From NCBI GenBank assembly GCA_045658925.1, contig JAZOVV010000002.1:5621-69620 (forward strand): a stretch of 64,000 bases of DNA, in the 5' to 3' direction. This document shows, in pieces, positions 50,041 to 60,711 of the stretch. Under the pieces are notes generated by a model, which had not been told where the DNA came from, did no database searches, and saw nothing but the letters and a program-made list of their open reading frames with translations. Made by a program: the position numbers and the translations under genes. The DNA comes from Eubacteriales bacterium (lineage in GTDB: Bacteria; Bacillota; Clostridia; Oscillospirales; CAG-272). The stretch's first letter is position 1; each line of letters begins with the position of its first letter.

Positions 50041-51234
50041 ATGGTAAACGAAAAAATGAGAGGCCTTGGCGCGTGTCGCTCGGTCATCAGAGAATTATTT
50101 GAATACGGCAAAAAGAGAAAAGCAGAGATTGGAGCTGAAAACGTTTTTGATTTCAGTATTGGCAACCCGAGCGTTCCGTCTCCCGCTATTGTAAACGAAA
50201 CCTTGACAAAGTTGATTGCCGAACGTGATGCCGTCTCTCTGCACGGCTACACGAGTGCGCAAGGCGATGCAGGTGTTCGCGCAGCGATTGCCGACTATAT
50301 CAATGCCACTCACAACGCTCATGCAGATTCCAATTTGATTTATCTCACCGTCGGCGCGGCGGCTTCCTTAACGATTTCGCTTTCCGCTCTTACCGAGGCA
50401 GGGGATGAGGTCATCTTACTCGCTCCTTTCTTCCCGGAGTACCGCGTGTTTGTGGAGCGCAACGGTGCTGTTGCCGTTCCCGTTTTGTGCAACACCAAGA
50501 CCTTCCAACCCGACCTTGACGCCATCCGCGCGGCCATCACACCCAAAACACGTGCCATTATCGTCAACTCTCCCAACAATCCCACGGGTGCGGTGATGAC
50601 AAAAGAGAGCATTGAGGGACTTTCCGCACTTCTCTGTGAAGCATCCAAAGAGAACGGACAACCCATCTACCTCATCGCAGATGAACCTTACCGCGAGCTT
50701 GTTTACGGGGACACCGAGGTTCCGTATTTGCCGCATTATTATGCAAATACGCTCATTTGCTATTCCTTCAGTAAGTCGCTCTCGCTTCCCGGTGAGCGCA
50801 TCGGTTACATTCTTGTCAATCCCGAAGCCGAGGATGCAATCTCTGTTTACCAAGCCGTTTGCGGAGCGGGCAGAGCACTTGGCTTTGTGTGTGCGCCTGC
50901 GCTGTTCCAATATATGATTCCCGCAGTCATTGGCAAGACTGCCGATATTTCCGTTTACGATACCAACCGCCGTTTGCTTTCCGACGCATTGACCTCTTAC
51001 GGCTATGAGGTGGTCAAGCCCGACGGCGCGTTCTATCTTTTCGTTAAGGCACTCGAAGAGAACGCAACGGCATTCTGCGAGAGAGCCAAAGAGTATGAGC
51101 TCCTGCTCGTTGCAAGCGATAGCTTCGGCTGTCCCGGGTACGTGCGCATTTCTTATTGCGTCACCACCGAACAAATTCAAAAATCTCTGCCTGCCTTCAA
51201 GGCTTTGGCAGAATCCTACCAAACGGAGAAATAA
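50041..51234 (+). CDS. PLP-dependent (aspartate/aromatic) aminotransferase, class I
   Basis: 397 aa; SFSKSLSLPGERIGY contains the PLP lysine motif (SxSK). First gene of the aro cluster. Confidence 0.88.
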   Translation: MVNEKMRGLGACRSVIRELFEYGKKRKAEIGAENVFDFSIGNPSVPSPAIVNETLTKLIAERDAVSLHGYTSAQGDAGVRAAIADYINATHNAHADSNLIYLTVGAAASLTISLSALTEAGDEVILLAPFFPEYRVFVERNGAVAVPVLCNTKTFQPDLDAIRAAITPKTRAIIVNSPNNPTGAVMTKESIEGLSALLCEASKENGQPIYLIADEPYRELVYGDTEVPYLPHYYANTLICYSFSKSLSLPGERIGYILVNPEAEDAISVYQAVCGAGRALGFVCAPALFQYMIPAVIGKTADISVYDTNRRLLSDALTSYGYEVVKPDGAFYLFVKALEENATAFCERAKEYELLLVASDSFGCPGYVRISYCVTTEQIQKSLPAFKALAESYQTEK

Positions 51235-51236
51235 AA

Positions 51237-52352
51237 ATGTCCAAGAACAATCAAAACGACCTCTTGACAAAGGCGAGAAACGAAATCAACGAAATCGATG
51301 CCCAAATGGCAGAGCTTTTCGTCCGCCGTATGCGCGCCGCCGCGGAGGTAGCCGCCTATAAAAAGGAGCACGCGCTCCCCATTTTGGATGCCGCTCGCGA
51401 AGAACAGGTCGTACAGAACAACGCAAAGCTCGTTGAGGACGAGACCTTGCGTGAATATTACGTTAATTTCATACGCAACAATATGGCAGTCTCCCGGGCT
51501 TATCAAAGCAGACTGATGGATGGGATGCGTATTGCTTACTGTGGAACAGAGGGCGCATTCGCACATATTGCCGCGGGCAAAATGTTCGTGGGAGCCATTC
51601 GCGTTCCGTACGGCGATTTTACCTCTGCATACCGCGCGGTTGAAGCGGGAGAATGCGACGCCGCTGTTTTGCCGATTGAAAACAGCTACAACGGCGAGGT
51701 AGGGCAGGTTACCGACCTTTTGTTCTCGGGCTCGCTCTACGTCAGCGAAGTCATAGACCTTGCCGTATCGCACGACCTTTTGGTTGTTCCCGGTACACGC
51801 ATCGAGGATATTTGTGAGGTAGTCAGCCATCCGCAGGCACTTGCACAGTGTGCCGAGTACATTCGCAATAACGGTTGGAATACTGCCGAGTATTCTAACA
51901 CGGCACTTGCCGCCAAATACGTGGCGGAAAAGAAAGAAAAAACCGTTGCCGCGATTGCCAGTGAGGAGGCCGCTGAGGTTTTCGGTCTTGAGGTGTTGGC
52001 ACGCAATATCAATGCAAGCCGCAATAATACCACACGCTTTGCCGCACTCTCGCGTGTGGAAAGTCACCGCCATTCCAAACGAATGGGCGAGCATTTCATT
52101 TTGCTCTTTACCGTAAAGCACGAGGCAGGCGCGCTTGCAAAGGCAATAGACATTATCGGTCGATACGGTTTTAATATGCGTACTCTGCGCTCGCGCCCGA
52201 TGAAAGACCTTTTGTGGCAATACTATTTCTACGTAGAAGCCGAGGGCGACGTTTACACCGAAGCGGGTGAATGGATGATGCGTGAATTGGGACTGTTCTG
52301 TGACCGCCTCAAGCTCGCAGGAACCTATTTTAAAGAAAAAAGCAATTCGTAA
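51237..52352 (+). CDS. pheA: Bifunctional chorismate mutase / prephenate dehydratase (P-protein)
   Basis: CM_2 N-domain (NEINEIDAQMAELFVRRM), PDT (IAYCGTEGAFAH), ACT (GALAKAIDIIGRYGFNMRTLRSRP). ATG 51237 lies 2 nt after the upstream stop; the track start 51156 is rejected. Confidence 0.9.
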   Translation: MSKNNQNDLLTKARNEINEIDAQMAELFVRRMRAAAEVAAYKKEHALPILDAAREEQVVQNNAKLVEDETLREYYVNFIRNNMAVSRAYQSRLMDGMRIAYCGTEGAFAHIAAGKMFVGAIRVPYGDFTSAYRAVEAGECDAAVLPIENSYNGEVGQVTDLLFSGSLYVSEVIDLAVSHDLLVVPGTRIEDICEVVSHPQALAQCAEYIRNNGWNTAEYSNTALAAKYVAEKKEKTVAAIASEEAAEVFGLEVLARNINASRNNTTRFAALSRVESHRHSKRMGEHFILLFTVKHEAGALAKAIDIIGRYGFNMRTLRSRPMKDLLWQYYFYVEAEGDVYTEAGEWMMRELGLFCDRLKLAGTYFKEKSNS

Positions 52353-52369
52353 AGAAAGGAGAGAAAACG

Positions 52370-53380
52370 ATGACCTTAAATCTCAATCTGCCAAACGGCG
52401 GATATCCCATTTTTATTGAGCGCGGTGCTATCGACCGTGCGGGTGAGTTGTTTTCTCTTGACCGCCGCGTGCTTATCGTTACCGATAGCGGAGTTCCCGC
52501 AAGCTATGCCAAGCGTGTTGCAGAGCAATGCCAAACGGCACACGTTGTTACTGTTCCCGAAGGGGAGGGAAGCAAAAGCCTTGCAACTCTCGAGCTTCTC
52601 TTGAATGAGATGCTGAAGAACGGCTTTGACCGCACTGATTGTGTTGTGGCGGTTGGCGGCGGTGTTGTAGGTGACCTATCCGGCTTTGCCGCATCCACCT
52701 TTATGCGCGGCATTGATTTTTACAATATTCCCACCACCGTGCTCTCGCAGGTGGATTCATCCATCGGTGGCAAGGTTGCCGTTAATTTTGGCGGTGTCAA
52801 GAACATCGTAGGTGCGTTTTATCAACCCAAAGCGGTTATTGTTGACCCCGAAGTGCTTTCCACACTTCCCAAAAGACAAATTGCCAACGGACTTGCTGAG
52901 GCACTCAAAATGGCTTTGACATCCGATGCAGAGCTTTTTGAAATTTTCGAGCGAGGAGAAGCCCTCGAAAGCGTCGATACTGTGATTGAACGCTCGCTCC
53001 GCATCAAAAAAGCCGTTGTGGAAGAGGACGAAAGGGAGAGCGGCATTCGTCGCATCCTAAACTTTGGTCACACCCTCGGTCACGGAATCGAGGGGGCAAG
53101 CGAGGGAGCACTTTACCACGGCGAATGCGTTGCTATTGGGATGCTCCCAATGTGTTCTCCTGACGTGCGCGCGCGTTTGACTTCCGTTTTGCAATCTCTT
53201 GGACTCCCGACCAAATTCGAGGGAGATATTGAAACTGTTTTGCATTTGACTACACACGATAAAAAATGCGAGGGAACCTCGGTCAACGCAGTGTTCGTTG
53301 ATGCTGTGGGTTCTTACCGCATCCAAAAAATGCCGCTTGCGGAGTGGCAGCAGCACATCCGCGAGCAGATTGGGGGATAA
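52370..53380 (+). CDS. aroB: 3-dehydroquinate synthase
   Basis: VAVGGGVVGDLSGFAA, VDSSIGGKVAVN, HTLGHGIE. Confidence 0.93.
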   Translation: MTLNLNLPNGGYPIFIERGAIDRAGELFSLDRRVLIVTDSGVPASYAKRVAEQCQTAHVVTVPEGEGSKSLATLELLLNEMLKNGFDRTDCVVAVGGGVVGDLSGFAASTFMRGIDFYNIPTTVLSQVDSSIGGKVAVNFGGVKNIVGAFYQPKAVIVDPEVLSTLPKRQIANGLAEALKMALTSDAELFEIFERGEALESVDTVIERSLRIKKAVVEEDERESGIRRILNFGHTLGHGIEGASEGALYHGECVAIGMLPMCSPDVRARLTSVLQSLGLPTKFEGDIETVLHLTTHDKKCEGTSVNAVFVDAVGSYRIQKMPLAEWQQHIREQIGG

Positions 53381-53384
53381 AGCA

Positions 53385-54467
53385 ATGAAAAATACGTTTG
53401 GACAAAGCGTAGCTATCACACTTTTCGGTGAGAGTCACGGTGAATATATCGGCGCGGTGCTGGACGGTCTTGCGCCCGGACTTGCGGTTGACGAAGCCTT
53501 TATCCGCCATCAGCTTTCTCTGCGCCGTCCGCAGGGCAAAATCTCGACCTCGCGCGTCGAGGCAGATGAGTTCCGAATTGTTAGCGGTGTGTTTGAAGGC
53601 AAGACGACGGGAACGCCTTTGTGCATTCTCATTCCCAACACCAACACACGCTCGGGAGATTATACCCACAATATTCCGCGTCCGGGGCACGCCGACTACG
53701 CGGCAGAATGTAAATATCACGGCTACCAAGACTGGCGCGGTGGCGGACATTTTTCCGGTCGCATTACTGCAGCCCTCGTAGCCGCAGGTGCTATTGCAAT
53801 TTCCGTATTGCGACAAAACGGCATTCTTATCGGCACGCATATTTCCCGCATTTCGGATATTTGCGACCGCAAGTTCCATTCTTACGAATCGGATATCGAA
53901 ACCCTTGCCGACCTTACGTTCCCGGTACTCGATTCCGCAAAGGCAGACCTGATGCGCGCTTGCATTGAAGATGCCGCAAGTGAGGGCGACAGTGTTGGCG
54001 GCATTTTGGAGACCGCTATCACAGGACTTCCCGCAGGCATTGGCGAGCCTTGGTTCGATACCGTAGAGGGAATGCTTTCGCACGCGCTTTTCTCCATCCC
54101 CGCAATTAAGGGAGTGGAGTTTGGCACGGGCTTTGGTATGGCAGATTTGCGCGGCAGTCAAGCCAATGACGGCTTGCGTATGCAAAACGGTCGAGTAGTG
54201 ACTACCACCAACCACAACGGCGGCATTAACGGCGGCATTACAAACGGAATGCCCGTTATCTTCCGCTGTGCCGTTAAGCCTACACCGTCCATTTTCGGGG
54301 AGCAGGAAAGTGTTGACCTGACAAGCGGTCAAGACACCACGTTGACTCTTGCAGGCAGACACGACCCCGCCATTATCCACCGTGCACGCGTGGTTGTCGA
54401 TAGCGTGGCCGCACTCGTTTTGTGCGATTTGCTCGCGCTCCGCTTCGGAACGGATTTTCCGAAATAA
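53385..54467 (+). CDS. aroC: Chorismate synthase
   Basis: FGESHG motif (ITLFGESHGEYIGAVLDG), GRHDP; ATG 53385 lies 4 nt after the aroB stop. Confidence 0.93.
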   Translation: MKNTFGQSVAITLFGESHGEYIGAVLDGLAPGLAVDEAFIRHQLSLRRPQGKISTSRVEADEFRIVSGVFEGKTTGTPLCILIPNTNTRSGDYTHNIPRPGHADYAAECKYHGYQDWRGGGHFSGRITAALVAAGAIAISVLRQNGILIGTHISRISDICDRKFHSYESDIETLADLTFPVLDSAKADLMRACIEDAASEGDSVGGILETAITGLPAGIGEPWFDTVEGMLSHALFSIPAIKGVEFGTGFGMADLRGSQANDGLRMQNGRVVTTTNHNGGINGGITNGMPVIFRCAVKPTPSIFGEQESVDLTSGQDTTLTLAGRHDPAIIHRARVVVDSVAALVLCDLLALRFGTDFPK

Positions 54468-54502
54468 ATCCCAATCGAAAACACAGGAAAGGAGGTCACA
54501 GT

Positions 54503-55747
54503 ATGCAGTACGGTCTTATCGGTCAAAAATTGGGGCATAGCTTTTCAAAAGAGATACACGAAATGCTCAAAAGCAACCCCTATGCGCTTATCGAGCTCTC
54601 TCCCAATCAAATCGAAGCGTTTTTGAAGCAAAAGGATTTTTCTGCTATCAACGTGACCATTCCTTACAAAACCGCAGTTATCCCATACCTTTCGCATATC
54701 GACGAGAGTGCAAAAGAAATCGGCGCAGTCAATACGATTGTCAACCGCGATGGGGAACTGTGGGGATACAATACCGATTTTTACGGTCTGTGCGCTCTTA
54801 TCAAGCACGCAAAAATCACACTCCAAAATAAAAAGGTTGCCATTCTCGGCACGGGCGGAACGTCCAAAACCGCTCTTGCGGTTTCCAATTTTCTTGGCGC
54901 AAAAGAGATTTTGGTTGTCAGCCGCCGAGAGGGGAATGGCGTTATCACCTATCAAGAGCTGACAGAGGCACATACCGACGTAGAGGTGCTTATCAACACC
55001 ACTCCCGTAGGAATGTACCCCAATACCGAGGCCACACCCGTCGATATTTCTCGGTTTTTAAATCTTTCGGGTGTTATTGATGCTATCTATAATCCCTTGC
55101 GCACGCAACTTGTTTTGGATGCAAAAAGGCGCGGCATTCCCGCCGAAGGCGGACTGTATATGCTCGTGGCGCAAGCGGTGCGCGCATCCGAACTCTTTTT
55201 GGGCTGCACCTATGAGCCCGATACCGCAGAGCGCATCTATCTCGAGCTTTTCAAAAACACAGAAAACATCGTTCTTTCGGGTATGCCCGGTGCGGGAAAG
55301 AGCACCGTGGGTAAGCTCTTGGCAAACCAAATGGAACGCGCGTTTTTTGACCTTGACGAAGAGATTGTCCGCGTCTCGGGACGTACCATTCCCGAAATTT
55401 TTGCAACCGACGGTGAGCCCGCTTTCCGCGAGTTGGAAACAAGGGTTTTATGCGAGGTTCTTGCCAATCAAAAGGGAATCGTGATTGCCACCGGCGGCGG
55501 TGCTATTTTGAAGGATGAGAATATCGACCTTTTACATCGCAACGGCAAAATCTATTTTATCGACCGACCGTTGGGAGAGCTTCTTCCTACCGAGGACCGA
55601 CCGTTAGCTTCCTCAAAAGAGGACATTTGCAAACGTTACAGGGAACGCTACGAGCGTTACTGTGCAACTGCAGATTATCGCATTGATGCAGATGCAACCG
55701 CACAAGAGGTTGCCCATCGCATCAGAAAGGAGTTTTTAAATCTATGA
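54503..55747 (+). CDS. aroE/aroK: Fused shikimate dehydrogenase / shikimate kinase
   Basis: N-part NVTIPYK, GAVNTIV, GYNTDFYG, GTGGTSK. C-part Walker A GMPGAGKSTVGKLLA. AGGAGG lies before ATG 54503. Confidence 0.9.
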   Translation: MQYGLIGQKLGHSFSKEIHEMLKSNPYALIELSPNQIEAFLKQKDFSAINVTIPYKTAVIPYLSHIDESAKEIGAVNTIVNRDGELWGYNTDFYGLCALIKHAKITLQNKKVAILGTGGTSKTALAVSNFLGAKEILVVSRREGNGVITYQELTEAHTDVEVLINTTPVGMYPNTEATPVDISRFLNLSGVIDAIYNPLRTQLVLDAKRRGIPAEGGLYMLVAQAVRASELFLGCTYEPDTAERIYLELFKNTENIVLSGMPGAGKSTVGKLLANQMERAFFDLDEEIVRVSGRTIPEIFATDGEPAFRELETRVLCEVLANQKGIVIATGGGAILKDENIDLLHRNGKIYFIDRPLGELLPTEDRPLASSKEDICKRYRERYERYCATADYRIDADATAQEVAHRIRKEFLNL

Positions 55748-56193
55748 AACTCTATATCATCAACGGGCCAAGCCTGAACTTTCTGGGCATTCGTGAGCCC
55801 GAGCATTATGGAAATACGACCTACCAAGGTCTGCTCGACCTGATTCATACCCACGCCAATGAATTGGGTATTGTTGTAGAATGTTATCAATCCAATCACG
55901 AGGGAGACCTCGTCGACAAAATACAAGAGGCCTATCTGCAAAAGGCGGATGGCATCATCATCAATCCCGGTGCTTATACGCACACAAGCATAGCACTGTT
56001 GGATGCCGTCAAATCGGTTGGTATTCCCACAGTCGAGGTGCATATCTCCAAGGTGGAACAAAGAGAAGCGTTCCGCCAAATCAGTTATATTCGCGCCGCC
56101 TGTCAAAAGACGATTACAGGAGAAGGACTTGCAGGATATTTGCAGGCGATGGATTTTCTCTGTGAATCACTTTGTCAAGGAGAAAACCAATGA
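55744..56193 (+). CDS. aroQ: Type II 3-dehydroquinate dehydratase
   Basis: INGPSLNFLGIREPEHYG, SNHEGD, INPGAYTHTS; ATGA overlap with the upstream gene. Confidence 0.93.
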   Translation: MKLYIINGPSLNFLGIREPEHYGNTTYQGLLDLIHTHANELGIVVECYQSNHEGDLVDKIQEAYLQKADGIIINPGAYTHTSIALLDAVKSVGIPTVEVHISKVEQREAFRQISYIRAACQKTITGEGLAGYLQAMDFLCESLCQGENQ

Positions 56194-57401
56194 GAGTTCG
56201 CATTTATCCGTCCGTCGCACGCGGATGCGTGAGTGCACCGCCCTCAAAGAGTATGGCACACCGTCTTTTGATTTGTGGCGCCTTGGCGAGCGGTGTGAGC
56301 CGCATTTGCGGTGTATCTGATTGCGAGGACGTACAGGCAACGATTGATTGCTTGCGTGCACTCGGTGCAGAATGTAAAATTGACGATAACACAGTTACTG
56401 TCAAAGGAATTGGTTTCAACAAAATTCCAAGCGCGATATTGCCTTGCCGAGAGAGCGGTAGCACAATGCGTTTTTTGTTGCCTTTGTGCTTGGCTTTCGG
56501 CAAAGAGACCACTCTTGTGGGAGCGCCGTCTCTTTTGAAGCGCCCTATGACCGTTTACCAAGACCTTTTTCGTTCACACAATTTGTCTTTTGAACAAACC
56601 GAGAGCGGTATCACGGTAAAGGGGCAATTAAAAGGAGCGGAATACACACTTCCCGGGGACGTTAGCAGTCAGTTTATCAGCGGTATGCTGTTTGCCCTGA
56701 CACAAGTCGCAGGGGAGAGCGTTTTGCGTATTCTCCCGCCGTTTGAGAGCCGGTCGTACGTTCTTCTCACACTGCAAGCACTCAGCACCTTTGGTGCAGA
56801 GATAGTATGGTTGGATGAAAACACCTTGCGCATTGTGGGTGGCAAGCCGCTGGTGGCGCAAAGCCTTTGCGTTGAGGGAGACTACTCAAACGCCGCGTTT
56901 CTTTCGGCACTCAACGTTTTGGGCGGAGAGGTAAGCGTTACAAATTTGAACCCTGCATCCCTGCAAGGAGACCGCGTTTATACAAAACACTTTGCAAGCC
57001 TTGAGGAAGGGTTTGCCACAATATCCGTTGCCGATTGTCCCGACCTTGCCCCCATTCTGTTTGCTCTTGCGGCAAGGGGAAAGGGAGCAAGATTTATGGA
57101 TACCCGTCGCCTTGCTATCAAGGAGAGTAATCGCGCCGAGGCGATGGCAACCGAGCTTCGCAAATTCGGAACAACCGTCGAGGTGTGCGAGAACGAAGTC
57201 ATTATCACGCCCACCGCATTTGACACCCCCACACAACCCCTTATGGGACACAACGACCATCGCATCGTTATGTCGCTAGCTGTTCTTGCAACCCAAACGG
57301 GTGGCGAAATAGATGGGGCAGAAGCGGTTGCCAAGAGCTATCCCGACTTCTTTGAGCGTTTTGCTTCGCTCGGTATTCAAATACAAGAAATTATCCCCTA
57401 A
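56190..57401 (+). CDS. aroA: 3-phosphoshikimate 1-carboxyvinyltransferase (EPSP synthase)
   Basis: PPSKSMAHR, ESNRAEAM, DHRIVMSLAVLA; ATG 56190 overlaps the aroQ TGA. Confidence 0.93.
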   Translation: MRVRIYPSVARGCVSAPPSKSMAHRLLICGALASGVSRICGVSDCEDVQATIDCLRALGAECKIDDNTVTVKGIGFNKIPSAILPCRESGSTMRFLLPLCLAFGKETTLVGAPSLLKRPMTVYQDLFRSHNLSFEQTESGITVKGQLKGAEYTLPGDVSSQFISGMLFALTQVAGESVLRILPPFESRSYVLLTLQALSTFGAEIVWLDENTLRIVGGKPLVAQSLCVEGDYSNAAFLSALNVLGGEVSVTNLNPASLQGDRVYTKHFASLEEGFATISVADCPDLAPILFALAARGKGARFMDTRRLAIKESNRAEAMATELRKFGTTVEVCENEVIITPTAFDTPTQPLMGHNDHRIVMSLAVLATQTGGEIDGAEAVAKSYPDFFERFASLGIQIQEIIP

Positions 57402-57415
57402 AGGAACGAACCCAA

Positions 57416-58285
57416 ATGAAGCCCTTAGATAAAAACACTAACATATTGATTGTCGGCTTAGGAGTTATCGGCGGCAGCTATGCCCGAGCGCTCAGCCGCA
57501 GCGGTTACTCCGTCCGTTGCATTACAAAGGAGCAAAAGGATATCGACTACGCGCTCTCGCTCGGTATGATCGAGTCGGGCAGCACCGAGGTTACCAAAGA
57601 GACTGTCGAATGGGCGGATCTCGTCATTTTTGCGCTTTACCCTCATGTTTTCGTCGAATGGATCAAGGAATATCAGCATCTTTTCCGTGCGGGAACGCTC
57701 GTCACCGACGTAACGGGCGTTAAGAGCCGCATCGTTGACGAGGTGCAGACTCTCTTGCGCGCCGACGTCGAATTTATTGCCGCGCATCCTATGGCAGGAC
57801 GCGAGAGCAGTGGTGTTGAATATAGCGATGACCATGTATTTCTTGGTGCAAACTATATTATTACGCCTACTGAACGGAATACTCCGGAGGCTATCGAGAC
57901 CTGTCGGTGTCTTGGCGAGGTTCTCGGTTTTGCCCGCATTTGTGAGCTTTCTCCTCAAGAGCACGACCGTATGATTGCTTTTCTTTCACAGCTGACGCAC
58001 TGTATTGCCGTTACGCTGATGACCTCTAATGACTCCCCGATGATGGAACAGTATACGGGAGACTCTTTCCGCGATTTGACGCGCATTGCAAAAATCAACG
58101 ACGTGATGTGGTCGGAGCTGTTCCTTCTCAACCGCGAGGCACTCCTTGCAGAAATGGATGCCTTTGCCAATGAGTTTGACCGTTTTCGCACAATGCTACG
58201 CGAAGAAGACGGGGAAGGAATGCGCGAAACGATGCGTCGCGCAACCGCTCGCCGTATGCTTTTTGATAAACCCAAAACAAAGTAA
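57416..58285 (+). CDS. tyrA: Prephenate dehydrogenase
   Basis: Rossmann ILIVGLGVIGGSYA, AAHPMAG. Confidence 0.88.
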   Translation: MKPLDKNTNILIVGLGVIGGSYARALSRSGYSVRCITKEQKDIDYALSLGMIESGSTEVTKETVEWADLVIFALYPHVFVEWIKEYQHLFRAGTLVTDVTGVKSRIVDEVQTLLRADVEFIAAHPMAGRESSGVEYSDDHVFLGANYIITPTERNTPEAIETCRCLGEVLGFARICELSPQEHDRMIAFLSQLTHCIAVTLMTSNDSPMMEQYTGDSFRDLTRIAKINDVMWSELFLLNREALLAEMDAFANEFDRFRTMLREEDGEGMRETMRRATARRMLFDKPKTK

Positions 58286-58329
58286 TCAGTCTAACCAACG
58301 TTTTTATATACCGAAAGGAGTCCAATATT

Positions 58330-59361
58330 ATGAATATGGAATTCTACCGCAAGCTCCCCATTCCAAAGGATATCAAGGAGGAGTACCCCGTTACCGCATC
58401 TCTCAAGGCAGTAAGAGATGCGTCGGTTGTGGAGTTAAAAAATATATTTGAAGGCAAAAGTGATAAATTTGTTCTCGTGATCGGTCCCTGCTCGGCTGAC
58501 CGCGAGGATGCCGTTATCGATTATATTTCGCGCCTGCGCACCGTACAGGATAAGGTTGCCGACAAGATTATGATCGTTCCGCGTATTTATACGAACAAGC
58601 CCCGCACTACGGGTGCAGGATATAAGGGAATGCTTCATCAACCCGACCCCAATGCCGATCCCGATTTGCTGAAGGGTATTATTGCTATTCGTCGTTTGCA
58701 CCTGCGTGCTCTTTCTGAAACGGGCTTTGGATGTGCCGATGAAATGCTCTATCCCGAAAATCACCGCTATCTTTCCGACCTATTGGCGTATGTTGCGGTT
58801 GGCGCTCGCTCGGTCGAAAATCAACAGCACCGCCTGACGGCAAGCGGCTTGGATATTCCCGTGGGTATGAAAAATCCCACTTGCGGTGACTTGACCGTTA
58901 TGATGAATGCCATCACCGCGGCGCAGAATTCGCATATGTTCCTCTACCGCGGTTGGGAAGTTAAGAGTGCGGGTAACCCTTATGCGCACGCTATTCTGCG
59001 CGGATATGTGGATACAAACGGGCATAGTGCTCCCAACTATCACTTTGAAGATTTGAACCGCACGGCGGATATGTACGCAAAGAGTGGATTGCAAAACCCC
59101 GCAGTCATCGTGGATACAAACCATGCAAACTCGGGTAAGCAGTGCCTTGAGCAGGTGCGTATCGCAAAAGAGGTTATGCACGCTTACCGCTATTCAAACG
59201 ACGTTAAAAAGCTTGTTAAGGGACTGATGATTGAGAGTTATATCGAAGATGGCGCACAAAAGATAGGTGCCAACGAGGTATACGGCAAGTCTATTACCGA
59301 CCCTTGCTTGGGTTGGGAAAAGACCGAGCGTCTCATCTATGACATTGCCGACTTGCTTTAA
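58330..59361 (+). CDS. aroG: 3-deoxy-7-phosphoheptulonate (DAHP) synthase, class I
   Basis: VIGPCS, IYTNKPRTTGAGYKGM, VDTNHANS. Confidence 0.92.
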   Translation: MNMEFYRKLPIPKDIKEEYPVTASLKAVRDASVVELKNIFEGKSDKFVLVIGPCSADREDAVIDYISRLRTVQDKVADKIMIVPRIYTNKPRTTGAGYKGMLHQPDPNADPDLLKGIIAIRRLHLRALSETGFGCADEMLYPENHRYLSDLLAYVAVGARSVENQQHRLTASGLDIPVGMKNPTCGDLTVMMNAITAAQNSHMFLYRGWEVKSAGNPYAHAILRGYVDTNGHSAPNYHFEDLNRTADMYAKSGLQNPAVIVDTNHANSGKQCLEQVRIAKEVMHAYRYSNDVKKLVKGLMIESYIEDGAQKIGANEVYGKSITDPCLGWEKTERLIYDIADLL

Positions 59362-59391
59362 TTCAAAATACTAATTCAGGAGATAAATAAA

Positions 59392-60675
59392 ATGGCAGAT
59401 TATAAAATCGAAACAAAATGCGTGCAGGGAGGATATACCCCCGGCAATGGCGAACCCCGTCAAATCCCGATCGTGCAAAGTACGACCTTCCATTACGACA
59501 CAAGTGAAGATATGGCAAAGCTCTTTGACCTTGAGGCATCGGGCTATTTCTATTCTCGCCTGCAAAATCCCACCTGCGACACCGTTGCGGCTAAGATTTG
59601 TGAGCTTGAGGGCGGAACTGCCGCAATGTTGACCTCGTCGGGTCAGGCGGCAAACTTCTATGCCGTATTCAACATTGCCACCTGCGGCGACCACATCGTA
59701 TCGGCTTCCACCATCTACGGTGGAACCTTCAACCTTTTCTCGGTTACTATGAAGAAAATGGGTATTGATTTTACCTTTGTTTCTCCCGATTGCACCGAGG
59801 AGGAGCTTGCGGCTGCTTTCCGTCCCAACACGAAAGCCGTGTTTGGCGAAACCATTGCAAACCCCGCACTCACCGTTCTTGATATCGAAAAATTTGCCAA
59901 GGCGGCTCACGCACACGGTGTACCGCTGATTATCGATAATACCTTTGCTACTCCCATCAACTGCCGTCCATTCGAATGGGGAGCCGACATCGTTACGCAC
60001 TCCACCACCAAGTATATGGACGGTCACGGTGCAGCAGTTGGCGGTTGCATCGTTGATTCCGGCAAGTTTGATTGGATGGCAAATAAAGAAAAATTCCCCG
60101 GACTCTGCACCCCCGACGATAGCTATCACGGTATCGTTTATGCCGAAAAGTTCGGTCAGGGTGGGGCATTCATCACCAAAGCCACCGCACAACTGATGCG
60201 TGACTTCGGCTCTACCCCCGCACCGCAGAGTGCATTTTTGCTGGGACTTGGTCTTGAGAGCCTGCACGTCCGTATGGAACGCCACTGTGCAAACGGTCTT
60301 GCCGTAGCAACATTCCTTAAGAGCCATCCCAACGTCACTTGGGTAACTTACGCAAGCCTTGAGGGCGACAAATACTACGACCTTGCTCAAAAGTATATGC
60401 CGGGGGGCACCTGCGGCGTTGTCAGCTTTGGTGTTAAGGGTGGCAGAAGCGCGGCAGAAAAGTTTATGAAGCACCTTAAGGTTGCCGCAATCGAGACGCA
60501 CGTTGCCGATGCACGCACCTGCTGCCTGCATCCCGCAAGCGCAACCCACAGACAGATGAGCGACGAAGAGCTCCTCGCGGCAGGCGTATCAGGCGACCTT
60601 GTCCGTTACTCCTGCGGCCTTGAAAATGCCGAGGACCTCATCGCAGACCTCAAGCAAGCGCTCGAATCCATCTAA
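59392..60675 (+). CDS. metY: O-acetylhomoserine sulfhydrylase (aminocarboxypropyltransferase)
   Basis: Cys/Met-metabolism PLP family; PLP lysine in HSTTKYMDGHG. 30 nt after aroG with no hairpin. Confidence 0.9.
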   Translation: MADYKIETKCVQGGYTPGNGEPRQIPIVQSTTFHYDTSEDMAKLFDLEASGYFYSRLQNPTCDTVAAKICELEGGTAAMLTSSGQAANFYAVFNIATCGDHIVSASTIYGGTFNLFSVTMKKMGIDFTFVSPDCTEEELAAAFRPNTKAVFGETIANPALTVLDIEKFAKAAHAHGVPLIIDNTFATPINCRPFEWGADIVTHSTTKYMDGHGAAVGGCIVDSGKFDWMANKEKFPGLCTPDDSYHGIVYAEKFGQGGAFITKATAQLMRDFGSTPAPQSAFLLGLGLESLHVRMERHCANGLAVATFLKSHPNVTWVTYASLEGDKYYDLAQKYMPGGTCGVVSFGVKGGRSAAEKFMKHLKVAAIETHVADARTCCLHPASATHRQMSDEELLAAGVSGDLVRYSCGLENAEDLIADLKQALESI

Positions 60676-60711
60676 TTTTTATTTATCATACACGAAGAGG
60701 AGTAGGACAGA